This document shows positions 46,053-55,499 of a stretch of DNA of 64,000 nt, in pieces (positions within the stretch are counted from its first letter, which is position 1; each line of letters starts with the position of its first letter). The translations under genes were made by a program, and so were the position numbers. The DNA is from Patescibacteria group bacterium. GTDB taxonomy: Bacteria > Patescibacteriota > Patescibacteriia > UBA2591 > JABMQE01. The notes beneath the pieces were generated by a model that made no database searches, was not told the origin of the DNA, and worked only from the letters and a program-made list of their open reading frames with translations. The stretch lies in assembly GCA_018896645.1 (NCBI GenBank), contig JAHIMF010000005.1, forward strand, positions 997-64,996. Direction: 5' to 3'.

Positions 46053-46690
46053 CAAAAGAACAGGAGCAATTCTTAGAGTATTTTAAAAAAAATAAATTGC
46101 TGGCCCAAGATTTTTATTTAACCGGGGGCACAGCTTTGGCTTTATTTTATTACCAACATCGCAAGTCCGAAGATCTAGATTTTTTTACTTCAAAGAAAAT
46201 ACCAAATTCAATAATTGATAAATCCATCAAAGATGTTAAAATTAAGCTTAATGCTAGCAAAGTTGAGTATAATCAATTGTATGATCGGCGAATTTATCAA
46301 TTCAAATTAACTAAAAAAGGTATTTTAAAAATAGAGTTCACCTTATATCCATTCAAAAATCTAAAAAAGCTTAAAAAAATCAATGGCGTATTTGTTGATA
46401 GCCTCTTAGATATGGGAGCCAATAAAATTATGTCTATAATGGATAGATTTGAGCCTAAAGATTTTTTTGATTTGTATTTTATGAAAAATGACTTTCGGCT
46501 GGAAAATTTAAGAACCGCAGCTCAAAAAAAGTTCGGTATTGAAATAGACCCGATAGCTTTAGTTAGTCGGTTCAACAAAGTCAAAGATTTAAGGATAATC
46601 CCCCAAATGATAAAAAAAGTTGACATAATAGATTTAAAAAATTATTTTCAAAAGTTTAACAAAAAAGAAGCTAAAATGTTTTTAGTTTGA
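46034..46690 (+). CDS. Nucleotidyltransferase-fold protein, AbiEii/DUF1814-like toxin family
   Basis: FYLTGGTALALFYYQHRKSEDLDFF matches the hG[GS]...S.D.D NTase motif of AbiEii-type proteins. Confidence 0.55.
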   Translation: MAEKIITKEQEQFLEYFKKNKLLAQDFYLTGGTALALFYYQHRKSEDLDFFTSKKIPNSIIDKSIKDVKIKLNASKVEYNQLYDRRIYQFKLTKKGILKIEFTLYPFKNLKKLKKINGVFVDSLLDMGANKIMSIMDRFEPKDFFDLYFMKNDFRLENLRTAAQKKFGIEIDPIALVSRFNKVKDLRIIPQMIKKVDIIDLKNYFQKFNKKEAKMFLV

Positions 46691-46707
46691 TTTTAATAAC
46701 GAATTAT

Positions 46708-47958
46708 ATGTTAGACATCAATTTTATTCGCGAAAATCCCGAAGAAGTTAAAAAAGGCATTGCTAAAAAGCAGTTAACCGTTGATATTGACCGTCTTTTA
46801 TCATTAGACAAAACAAAACGGGATATTTTGCAAAAAATAGAAGCCCTGCGCGCCGAACAGAATAATGCTAATAAAGAGATTATTAAGCTAAAAAATGACG
46901 TTAAAAAGCAAAAATTAGCCGAAATGAAAAAAATTGCCGACCAAGTCAAAGATGTAAACAACAAGCTGGGGATAATAGAAAAAGATTTTACAGACTTAAT
47001 GCGTCAGATTCCCAATTTACCAGCGCCTAATGTTAAAGTGGGCCGGGGAGAACAAGACAACCAAGTAGCGCGGCATGAAGGTGATATTCCTAAATTTGAA
47101 TTTGACCCTAAAGATTATGTGGAGATTGCTGAAGAATTGGACATAATTGATACAAAAAGGGCTGCTAAAGTGGCTGGCTCGCGCTTTGGCTATATAAAAG
47201 GGGATTTAGTTTTGTTAGAATTTGCTTTGATTAGATTTGCGTTTGATATCCTAACTAAAGCCGGATTTAGGCTAGTCTTGCCGCCAGTAATGCTTAATGA
47301 TAATGCAATGCGCGGCATGGGCTATCTTGATAGGGGAGCTGAAGAGGTTTATAAAACCCAAGATGATTTATACTTAATCGGCACTAGCGAGCAATCACTT
47401 GGAGCCATGCACATGGATGAGATACTAGACAGTAAAAAATTACCTTTGCATTATGCGGGTTTTTCCACTTGTTTCCGCCGAGAAGCCGGGAGTTATGGCA
47501 AGGACACCAAGGGTATTTTGCGTGTTCATCAGTTTAATAAAGTGGAAATGTTTGTTTTCTGCAAACCCGAACAATCAGAAGATGAGCATAAATTATTATT
47601 GCGAATGGAAGAAAATTTAATGCAGGCGCTTAAACTCCCATATCGAGTAATGGACATTTGCAGCGGCGATTTGGGCGACCCGGCGGCTAAAAAGTGGGAT
47701 ATTGAAGCTTGGTTTCCGGGTTCAAGCGAATACCGCGAAACTCACTCCACCTCTAACTGTACTGATTGGCAAGCCCGGCGTTTGAATATTCGCTATAAAG
47801 ACGAAAATAATAAAAATCAATTTGTTCATACTTTAAATGGCACCGCGTTCTCCGAAAGGCCTCTTTTGGCGATTTTGGAAAATTATCAAACTGAAGCTGG
47901 GGGAGTGCGGGTGCCGGACGTTTTGCGGGAGTATGTGGGGAAAGAGATGATTGAGTAA
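46708..47958 (+). CDS. serS: Seryl-tRNA synthetase
   Basis: N-terminal coiled-coil arm; class II motifs (FRREAGSYGKDTKGILRVHQFNKVE; TLNGTAFSERPLLAILEN). Confidence 0.92.
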   Translation: MLDINFIRENPEEVKKGIAKKQLTVDIDRLLSLDKTKRDILQKIEALRAEQNNANKEIIKLKNDVKKQKLAEMKKIADQVKDVNNKLGIIEKDFTDLMRQIPNLPAPNVKVGRGEQDNQVARHEGDIPKFEFDPKDYVEIAEELDIIDTKRAAKVAGSRFGYIKGDLVLLEFALIRFAFDILTKAGFRLVLPPVMLNDNAMRGMGYLDRGAEEVYKTQDDLYLIGTSEQSLGAMHMDEILDSKKLPLHYAGFSTCFRREAGSYGKDTKGILRVHQFNKVEMFVFCKPEQSEDEHKLLLRMEENLMQALKLPYRVMDICSGDLGDPAAKKWDIEAWFPGSSEYRETHSTSNCTDWQARRLNIRYKDENNKNQFVHTLNGTAFSERPLLAILENYQTEAGGVRVPDVLREYVGKEMIE

Positions 47959-48108
47959 CTCGTAGTAATAAGCTCGTCTCGCTACGCTCGACTTCGCGTA
48001 ATACAATAGTAATTCATTATAATTTGTTGTTTTTAAGATTGTAAAATAAAAAAGGACTGAATCCATAATCTGAATTAGTCCTTACTAGGGGAATAACACT
48101 GATTCCTT

Positions 48109-48429
48109 CTATTGCGAAGTGCTGGTAGTTGCTTTTCTCGATGACTTTGCTTGCAGACCCCCGCAACCTATAAAGAACAATGAAGTAGAGAGCAGAAAGG
48201 TGACAATGTACAATGGGGAATGAACTGCATATTTTGCCCAACTTATCTCCAACGTAGTAAGCATTGCCAGAATTATCTCTACCATCATTACAATCATTCC
48301 AGGTACTGCTAAGAATAACCCCATGGGGTGTTTTGCTCTTGTTTTTACTTCAATCAACATACGAACCAAACGAATTGAGATTATAATTATTCCTAATATG
48401 AAAAGAGTGCAAAAGATGGTGTATGCCAT
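48109..48429 (-). CDS. Hypothetical membrane protein (3 TM)
   Basis: Hydrophobic helices; convergent with serS across an imperfect hairpin. Confidence 0.45.
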   Translation of the reverse strand: MAYTIFCTLFILGIIIISIRLVRMLIEVKTRAKHPMGLFLAVPGMIVMMVEIILAMLTTLEISWAKYAVHSPLYIVTFLLSTSLFFIGCGGLQAKSSRKATTSTSQ

Positions 48430-48536
48430 GGTTAAGTCCTCCTTGACTGAATGTTAAGTCCTAATGTTAGTTGAGAATATAGCGAAATGACGTGGTTTTA
48501 TCTTAATTCATTTTAAAATTTTTGTCAAATTAATAT

Positions 48537-49469
48537 ATGTCTTTCTTAAAACGGAGAAGGCGAGACTATCACGGCGTTCATGTTGACCCGGCTCGAGTTA
48601 AAAAACAAAAGCGGGCAACAAAATTCAGAAAATTTTTAAACACTGTTTATGCGATTATTATCTTTGGTACACTGCTCTGGCTGGTGTATTTTGTTTTATA
48701 TTCCTCAACTTTTAAAATCAAAAATATTACTATCACTGGTAATCAAGGTGTCTCCAGAGAGGAGATTGTAAGCGTCGTAAATGTGCTTTTAGACTCAAAA
48801 AAATATTTCATTGTTCCTAAAAATACCTTTTTCACTGTTAATACTGATGGGCTTAGCGAAGTATTGAATGATAACTTTATTTTAGCCTATTCGGAAATCA
48901 AGAAAAAATTTCCCCATGATTTAAATATTAGTATACGAGAAAAACTTGCCGGGCTCAACTTTTGCTTAGAAACCAGGGAGAAGTGTTATTATGTCAACTA
49001 TGACGGCCTGGTTGTCCATAGAGTAGGCGGGGCCGAACTTGATCCTAGGCTGCCATTACTTTTTTACAGATTGTCCCCCCAAAAAAATGAGCAGGTGGGG
49101 GAGACCCCCACCCCGGCGACCACCACAACCCCTATAAACAAACAAGGGCTACCGACAATAACTATTAGCCAAACCAATTTACCGGTTACCATGATTCGCT
49201 TTGTTTTAGAGCTTTTTATCGGGTTTAGTCAAAAAATAAGGGAGACAGGTATTCATGATATGGAAGTTAATACTCTAGAAATTTACGAAAAAAAAGTGAT
49301 AGTTAATACCCACGCGGGGTATCAAATTTATTTTAATTATGACAAATCTCTAGCGGAACAAATGAATAACTTAAATACAATATTAATGAAAAAAATAAAA
49401 GGGGAGCAAGAGAACCTTGAATATGTTGACTTGCGTTTTGGAGAAAAAATTTATTATAAGATGAAATAG
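48537..49469 (+). CDS. ftsQ: FtsQ/DivIB-like cell-division protein (POTRA domain) with a Thr/Pro-rich insertion
   Basis: Basic N-terminus, TM, POTRA (IKNITITGNQGVSREEIVSVV). Confidence 0.6.
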   Translation: MSFLKRRRRDYHGVHVDPARVKKQKRATKFRKFLNTVYAIIIFGTLLWLVYFVLYSSTFKIKNITITGNQGVSREEIVSVVNVLLDSKKYFIVPKNTFFTVNTDGLSEVLNDNFILAYSEIKKKFPHDLNISIREKLAGLNFCLETREKCYYVNYDGLVVHRVGGAELDPRLPLLFYRLSPQKNEQVGETPTPATTTTPINKQGLPTITISQTNLPVTMIRFVLELFIGFSQKIRETGIHDMEVNTLEIYEKKVIVNTHAGYQIYFNYDKSLAEQMNNLNTILMKKIKGEQENLEYVDLRFGEKIYYKMK

Positions 49470-49557
49470 TTGACCCGCCTTCGCCATAGTACAAATCCAT
49501 AGCTTTCACTATAATAAAAATAATAATAAAAATATAGTTTAATTTTGATAGGACTGG

Positions 49558-49799
49558 CTTCGGCGGGCGACCTGCCCGCTGAAGCTTTAGCGAAAGCGGG
49601 GACCCAGACCAACAGAGGATTATATGAGTAATAAATTTTTGCAGAAAGCAAAAGTTATACCTAAAAATTTGACAGGGGAGAATACCGCATGCTATATTGA
49701 GAATAAGACATAATGTCTCATAATATACCTTAACAGTCATTTAAAGTTATCCACAGCCCTTCGCCCCACCTTCGCTAAAGCTTTGGTGGGCTTCGGGCT
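49558..49799 (+). promoter_or_regulatory. GC-rich structured leader upstream of the Xer recombinase gene: two long hairpins flanking a sigma70-like promoter (TTGACA-18-TATATT, about 49669-49698) and a 13-nt palindrome agacataatgtct at the predicted start site
   Basis: Hairpin 1 cttcggcgggcgacctgcccgctgaag (about 49558-49584). Hairpin 2 cagcccttcgccccacc...ggtgggcttcgggctg (about 49753-49799). The segments aagctttagcgaa (about 49580) and ttcgctaaagctt (about 49768) are mutually complementary. Confidence 0.45.
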
Positions 49800-49814
49800 G
49801 CAAGCAAATATCTC

Positions 49815-50780
49815 ATGCAGAAATCATCCAAACCAATCATAAAACATATACTGGATTTTTTAGAATTTTGTGAAGTTGAAAAAGGATTAACTCAAAAATC
49901 TATTGAAAATTATAAAAGATTTTTAGATAAATTTTTAAATTGGTTAAAAAATAAAAAATTACAAAACCTTAAACCTCACGAACTAACTGATAAACATATT
50001 TGGGATTATCGAGTTTATTTATCTAGATACATTGATCCTCGGACCAGCTCTTCCCTATCCCGGCGGACCCAGAACTATTACCTGGTAGTTCTAAGGGTTT
50101 TGTTGGCTTATTTTGCGGATAAAGACATTGAATCCCTGCCATCTGATAAGATTAAATTGCCAAAGCTACGAGACTCGGATAAGGCAATCAAATTTTTGAC
50201 AGTTGAACAAATAGAAAAGCTTCTCTCGGTTACGGACATCAAAACAAAAACCGGCCTGCGTGACCGGACAATCATGGAAGTTTTGTTCAGCACTGGTTTG
50301 CGAGTATCCGAGCTCACGAGCTTAAATCAAGATCAATTTAATCTTTCTTGGATAAAAAAGAATGCCAAATCTTATGAATTAAGCATCACTGGCAAGGGCG
50401 GCCGTACCCGTACGGTTTATTTTTCGCAACGGGCATTATATTGGCTAAATAAATATTTACAAAAGCGGATTGATAATGACAAAGCGCTTTTTATTCATTA
50501 TCATTCGCCTGATAAAGAAACCAAGTCTCATCGATTGACTCCCCGTTCAGTAGCGCGAATTGTGGCCAAATACACTAAAATGGCTGGCTTACCGATTAGC
50601 GCTACGCCCCATACTTTGCGCCATAGTTTTGCTACTGATTTATTAACTCGCGGAGCGGACATTAGAGCAGTCCAAGAGTTTTTAGGCCATAAAAATATTG
50701 TCACTACGCAGGTTTACACTCATGTAACTAACAAAAGATTACGGGATTTGTATGACAAGTTTCATAGCGGAAATAAATAA
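49815..50780 (+). CDS. Tyrosine site-specific recombinase (XerC/XerD-like)
   Basis: Catalytic R...HxxR...Y (ATPHTLRHSFATDLLTRGADIRAVQEFLGHKNIVTTQVYTHV). Confidence 0.88.
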   Translation: MQKSSKPIIKHILDFLEFCEVEKGLTQKSIENYKRFLDKFLNWLKNKKLQNLKPHELTDKHIWDYRVYLSRYIDPRTSSSLSRRTQNYYLVVLRVLLAYFADKDIESLPSDKIKLPKLRDSDKAIKFLTVEQIEKLLSVTDIKTKTGLRDRTIMEVLFSTGLRVSELTSLNQDQFNLSWIKKNAKSYELSITGKGGRTRTVYFSQRALYWLNKYLQKRIDNDKALFIHYHSPDKETKSHRLTPRSVARIVAKYTKMAGLPISATPHTLRHSFATDLLTRGADIRAVQEFLGHKNIVTTQVYTHVTNKRLRDLYDKFHSGNK

Positions 50781-50910
50781 AAATAATTCCAAAATCCAAA
50801 TTACAAATTATTCCAAATCAAATCCAAACAACAAACCCAAAAAATGAAATTTGACATTTGAGCTTTGAGCTTCATTTGGCATAATTTAAACTTTGAAATA
50901 ATTTGGATTT

Positions 50911-51300
50911 TTAATTAAAGTGCTCCCCCAACACCCCATCCTTCTTAAACTTCTCAATATTTTTGTTAACCTGCTTATAAAACGCCGGGTAGTGTTTGCG
51001 AATAATCAAATGGCCTTTGTAGCGCTGACGATATGGGAGTTTCTGATGATGGGCTATTTCGTGCGCTATCACCCGCAGAATTGAGTTATAGCTTTTTGGT
51101 TTGCGGTGTTTTGGAGTATAAATATCAACGGTAATGGTTTTATTTTTGAGATTAGTGTGCCCGAGGACGAGATTTTTAGCAGACTTGACTCCCCCATTCC
51201 GTCCTTGCATTGGGCGGAATTTTAAGTTTGGGTATTTTAAAATAATACACGCGCGGATGAAAAGGTGAGAGATGAGTTGTTCGTGTTTTGGGTTTAACAT
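50911..51300 (-). CDS. Small HExxH zinc-metallopeptidase-like protein (SprT/YgjP-DUF45-like)
   Basis: IAHEIAHHQKLPYRQRYKGH with downstream His. Confidence 0.45.
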   Translation of the reverse strand: MLNPKHEQLISHLFIRACIILKYPNLKFRPMQGRNGGVKSAKNLVLGHTNLKNKTITVDIYTPKHRKPKSYNSILRVIAHEIAHHQKLPYRQRYKGHLIIRKHYPAFYKQVNKNIEKFKKDGVLGEHFN

Positions 51301-51427
51301 ACGAATAATAATGCGAATGATGCCAATTACCTGCCTTGCCGGCAGGCAGGCGCGAATATGCGAATTTATTATTTTTTTTCACCCCCTATTGCATAATCAG
51401 ATTTTTGGCGAAAGTTGATTAGGCGGC

Positions 51428-52486
51428 TCATACTTTACTTAATCTTTTAGCTGTTTCAAATTGTTCTCTTTTAGTAATTGCGTCATGATAATTTATTTTT
51501 TCTTCAGAATAGGTATACTGTCCTTTTTTCGATTCTTCTATTAGTTCATTTACCCATTCCCGGTCATCTTCATCTTCAAGCATATCCCTGGCTTGTTCAG
51601 CGCTGTCAAAACCGCTCAAAAGCGCAGCTTCACCAGGACTTAAATCAATATCAAATTCTTGACATTCCCCACTTAAGTGTTCGTCTTGCTTTCTGAAAAA
51701 TGGAACATTCAAACGAATTGTTAATACTTTTTCTCTTCCTTTGCGATCAGCTAACGAGCCCATATCAGCCGCTAAAAGTGTTTCTGCTACAATGTTTCCT
51801 TCTTCCGGATAAGGATGTTTGATTTCCATTTCTCCTTTTTTTTGGAGCTCTTTATTTACATTTTCTAATATCCTCGTCATAAAACCGGGATGTGGTCCCA
51901 TATGGCATCTAATCGCTTCCTCAATAGTCGATATTGTCTTTTCGACGTCTTCTTCGCTATAATTTTCTCCTAAAATTTTGGTCAGCATCTCTGGTTGTTG
52001 CTCAAAAATACTCTTTACTTCATTGGCGGCAATTTCGCCGTGAGCCGCCAGCATATAATTTTGAATGTTTGCTGATTCTTCTGGCGGTTTACCTGATTTA
52101 GCTAAATCGTGTAAAATCGCTGCTGCCTCAAGCGTTGCGAGTTGTTTTTCACCTAGGCCCTTTTTTACTCCTCTTTCAACGCAAAAATTCAATATTTGCT
52201 TATTATGTTCTTCAAAAGATTTAAGTTGCTCTGGACTTTCAGCTATTGTTGAATTAGGATTTTCGTAACGTTCATTGACCAAATTAATCAATCCAGAAAA
52301 TCTTTCTTGAGCGGCTTTATACTCTTTATCAATAGGAGTTAATTCTTTTTCTATTTTTTTCTCTTCGGATTTTTCAACGGTTATTTCTTCTGGTTTTATC
52401 CCCATTTCTTTTAATTGCTCCTCTGACATTGAACTTTCTAGTCCCATAGGCATATAATTTTTCCTTTCCCCTTTACTCAACGCCAA
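51428..52486 (-). CDS. HD-domain protein
   Basis: AAAILHDLAK (HD) with upstream and downstream His (EEHNKQ, AAHGE, RCHMGPH) and Asp (AADMGS). Confidence 0.5.
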   Translation of the reverse strand: MALSKGERKNYMPMGLESSMSEEQLKEMGIKPEEITVEKSEEKKIEKELTPIDKEYKAAQERFSGLINLVNERYENPNSTIAESPEQLKSFEEHNKQILNFCVERGVKKGLGEKQLATLEAAAILHDLAKSGKPPEESANIQNYMLAAHGEIAANEVKSIFEQQPEMLTKILGENYSEEDVEKTISTIEEAIRCHMGPHPGFMTRILENVNKELQKKGEMEIKHPYPEEGNIVAETLLAADMGSLADRKGREKVLTIRLNVPFFRKQDEHLSGECQEFDIDLSPGEAALLSGFDSAEQARDMLEDEDDREWVNELIEESKKGQYTYSEEKINYHDAITKREQFETAKRLSKV

Positions 52487-52509
52487 CTTTAAATAAAGGA
52501 ATTAAATAA

Positions 52510-53058
52510 TTATTCTTCAAATTTACCGACCACATAATCAAATTCCTGGCCCCAGTCTCTTGTTGGGCACTTGAATCCCGTAGGACTAATCGCCCGATTA
52601 GTCCACCTAACTTTTTCAGTTTCTAACTTCCTAATAGCCAAAACATAAAACGGTTTATCACAACCATAACAGGGGTAATATGGGCTATTGTTATTACAAT
52701 TGTAGTGATGATAAAAATATCCTTGGCAATGGCCAAAAAACAAGGGGTCTCCCCTATCTTGGTCTAGAAAACCTTCTTTGACAAGAACCGACAAAAAGCC
52801 ATCATTGCCATCTTTTTTACAAAAACCAATATCCCAGCGGTCACAACAGGCATCTTGGCCCGCATCAGGATAATTTCCGTGTTTTTCATAATATTTATCT
52901 ATAGCAATTTGAATATCTCGGATATCTTGCAGGCGTTTCTGGTCACGAGTAATTTTTTGGTGCGCATCAAAGTAAAAAACTCCTAAAATAAAAAAAAGTC
53001 CGATTAGAGATATTATTATAACCAGTTTAAAACAATTTTTCTGAAGATACACATTCAT
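52510..53058 (-). CDS. Membrane-anchored protein with a pseudopilin/type IV pilin-like domain and a Cys-rich C-terminus
   Basis: RDQKRLQDIRDIQIAIDKYYEKHGNYP resembles the pilin N-domain helix (RDAxRKxDLxxIQTALExYYxDNGxYP). No prepilin GFTLIE cleavage motif; 12 Cys residues. Confidence 0.45.
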   Translation of the reverse strand: MNVYLQKNCFKLVIIISLIGLFFILGVFYFDAHQKITRDQKRLQDIRDIQIAIDKYYEKHGNYPDAGQDACCDRWDIGFCKKDGNDGFLSVLVKEGFLDQDRGDPLFFGHCQGYFYHHYNCNNNSPYYPCYGCDKPFYVLAIRKLETEKVRWTNRAISPTGFKCPTRDWGQEFDYVVGKFEE

Positions 53059-53171
53059 TTATAATATATTCATTTATCATCTTAATGATTGGCTGATAAA
53101 GTTGTTAATAAGGTGGTAATTTTTATTAAGTAAGTATTAACCCTAATAGATGACAAATGGAAATGTTAACA

Positions 53172-54437
53172 TCACGGGAGATAATTGAGTGGATTCACCG
53201 GTATCCCATTCAATCTCACTTCAAAATGCAGATGGGGTCCGCTGCTAAATCTGCCGGCGCCTGGGGTGCCGGGCATACCGCCGGAAAGACCCATCACTTG
53301 GCCTCGCTTTACATAACTATCTTCTTTTACATCAATTCTTGAAAGGTGCCCGTAAACAGTGGAAATGCCATTATTGTGGATAATCATTACATAACTGTAG
53401 CCTGTAGCCCCGCCATTTTTAGCCCGCGCCACATAGCCGGAAGCTGCCGCTCTAACTGAAATGCCATTAGAGGGCACGCCGTCTCTCAAAGTTCTAATAT
53501 CAACGCCTGAATGTTCGCCAATCCAAAGGCGGTAGGGATAGTCCGGGTCATGAAAATAAGCAACGATTTGACGCGACGGAACCGGCCAGGACAAAGTGGC
53601 CGTATCGTTATCTAAATCAGTTCCCCCCTGCTCTTGCTCCTGGGCTTCCAGGGCCGCGCGAATCTTTTGCTCTAAATTTTTCATTTCAACATTTGCTTGT
53701 TCAAATTCCTGACGCGCTAAAACCAGCAAATTTTCAAATTTTCTTTCTGAACTTTTTGTCTGGGCCAGCAAATTGGTTTTCATGCCAGTTTCTTCGGCCA
53801 AGGCATTTTTCTCGGACAAGAGCTCTTCTTTTAAATTTTCTAACTTTTTCTTCTTAGCGCCTAAATTATTTTTCTCTACTACCAGCCTTTCTCTTAATTC
53901 TTGGACTTCACCCAAAGTAATCTGGACATCATTCTGCACACTCTCCAGATATTGAATGTGATTAAAAAAATCAGACAAGTTATCATTAGTCAAAATAATT
54001 TCTATATACCCTTTTTGATCGTATTTGTAGATGGTACGAATAAATTCACCGAGATTAACTTTATTGGTTTCGATTTTTTCTTCCTTATCAGTAATCTCTT
54101 TTTCTACCTTACGAATTTGCAAATCCGCTTCTTCTATCTTAGACTGGGTGAGCTCAATATTTAATTTCGCTTTTTCAATTCGGCTCTCTAAGATACTAAG
54201 TTGATTGCTTAGGCTTAAAGCTTCTTTTTGTTTCTGGGTTATTCTTTCTTGGTATAGCTCACGCTCGGTTTCCAGCTCTTTGATGTACTGTTTCTTTTTG
54301 TTGATTTCTTGTTCTAAAATACTAACCGGGTCCTGGTCATAAGCGGCTAGAACTGGCGAAAATAAAAAGACAGTACAAAAAACTGCCAGAATTATAACTG
54401 TGAAATAATAATTATTTTTTTGTTTCTGTGAATGCAT
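53172..54437 (-). CDS. M23-family peptidase with an N-terminal coiled coil (EnvC-like)
   Basis: Signal/TM, heptad-rich region, M23 motifs (HSGVDI...HNNGISTVYGHLS...GPHLHFEV). Confidence 0.85.
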   Translation of the reverse strand: MHSQKQKNNYYFTVIILAVFCTVFLFSPVLAAYDQDPVSILEQEINKKKQYIKELETERELYQERITQKQKEALSLSNQLSILESRIEKAKLNIELTQSKIEEADLQIRKVEKEITDKEEKIETNKVNLGEFIRTIYKYDQKGYIEIILTNDNLSDFFNHIQYLESVQNDVQITLGEVQELRERLVVEKNNLGAKKKKLENLKEELLSEKNALAEETGMKTNLLAQTKSSERKFENLLVLARQEFEQANVEMKNLEQKIRAALEAQEQEQGGTDLDNDTATLSWPVPSRQIVAYFHDPDYPYRLWIGEHSGVDIRTLRDGVPSNGISVRAAASGYVARAKNGGATGYSYVMIIHNNGISTVYGHLSRIDVKEDSYVKRGQVMGLSGGMPGTPGAGRFSSGPHLHFEVRLNGIPVNPLNYLP

Positions 54438-54760
54438 GGGTTTTCTTAACTCAAATTACAAAATACTGCCAAAGTTTGACATTCTCTGATATTATTATAG
54501 TATAGTTTATTGTTTTAGTAAAATAGATAAGTAGAACGAAAGAACTTGCGGTAGCTATGTGGATAACTTATCTGTGTATGAGACGTTTTGTGCCATATTC
54601 ATAGTATTTTTCATTGATTTAGCATACTCGTTCATTATCAGTAGTCGTTTTGTACTACCCCTGTTTGGAGGCACAAAATTTGGGTAGAATAGAATAAGAA
54701 TAAATTTGCAATTTTTGTCGTGAAATTGTCATTATCTGTTATAGTCAATTTTCACAGAGG

Positions 54761-54832
54761 TGGACCCGACCGGACTTGAACAGGCATAGCACATGTGTCA
54801 AGTATGGCATGTTACCATTACATCACGGGCCC
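54761..54832 (-). tRNA. tRNA-like element (possible divergent tRNA with anticodon GAC, Val, or a pseudogene)
   Basis: Minus strand reads GGGCCCG-TG-ATGT-AATGGTAA-ACAT-...-TTCAAGT-...-CGGGTCC-A. Acceptor stem 7 bp (one G-U), D-arm 4 bp with GG, T-loop TTCAAGT. The anticodon stem has a mismatch and the T-stem has one T-C mismatch. Confidence 0.35.
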
Positions 54833-55135
54833 AGGCCCACCAATTTCAGTATAAAGCAAAAAGAACCCTCTTGCAAGGATTCTTTTTGTTGACACATGCG
54901 CAATATCCGTGATGCGGGTATGCCATATCTAATTGCAGTATAGCACAAGTGATATAAATGTCAAGCGTATTTATCCACAAGCGCAAACTGCTAAATTTGC
55001 GTTAAAAAATTGAGAATCCACATGCCAATTTAACGCAATATGGCTCCACAGTCTCCCTTTGGGAGAACTATGGAGCCCGCGAGGTGTGGAGTCAGCGGGT
55101 CGTTCAAAATTTATTTATGGATATAGGCTTTATGA

Positions 55136-55414
55136 CTATCTACTCTTTAACAATTCATCGATAGCTTCTATAACAGAATTTTCTGCATCTTGTTGCACTT
55201 TTTTTTCACTAAGCTTTCCGTCATATGCCCGTTCTCCAGTTTCTGGCACACTATAAATACCTCCTCTTGCGATACTTTTTAAGAAATTAAGTAGACCTTT
55301 TGCCGAGGTTTTGGAAAGCTCATCCTTTAATTTTTCTAATTTTTGCTTTAACTCTAACGATATTTCACCTTCTTGACTTATTTCTTCGGTTTTTGGATTA
55401 AATTTTTCACTCAT
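55136..55414 (-). CDS. Hypothetical protein (92 aa)
   Basis: ORF with K/E-rich helical N-terminus. Confidence 0.35.
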   Translation of the reverse strand: MSEKFNPKTEEISQEGEISLELKQKLEKLKDELSKTSAKGLLNFLKSIARGGIYSVPETGERAYDGKLSEKKVQQDAENSVIEAIDELLKSR

Positions 55415-55499
55415 ATTAGTTTCCCTTTTTATAACAATTTGGATTAAACTAAATTGTTATATTGATTAAAATTTTTTTAGGATTTAGTTAGTAATGAAT

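Noticed and set aside
49480-49815. Possible RNase P RNA, SRP RNA, tmRNA or 6S RNA in the GC-rich spacer
   Set aside because: Conserved signatures (GGAAAGUCCGG / ACAGAAnCCGGCUUA for RNase P; GGAAG...GCAGCC domain IV for SRP; tRNA-like 3' end for tmRNA) are absent. Kept only as an unclassified structured leader.
53157-54164. + strand ORFs of 60-87 aa
   Set aside because: Antisense to the M23 peptidase gene.
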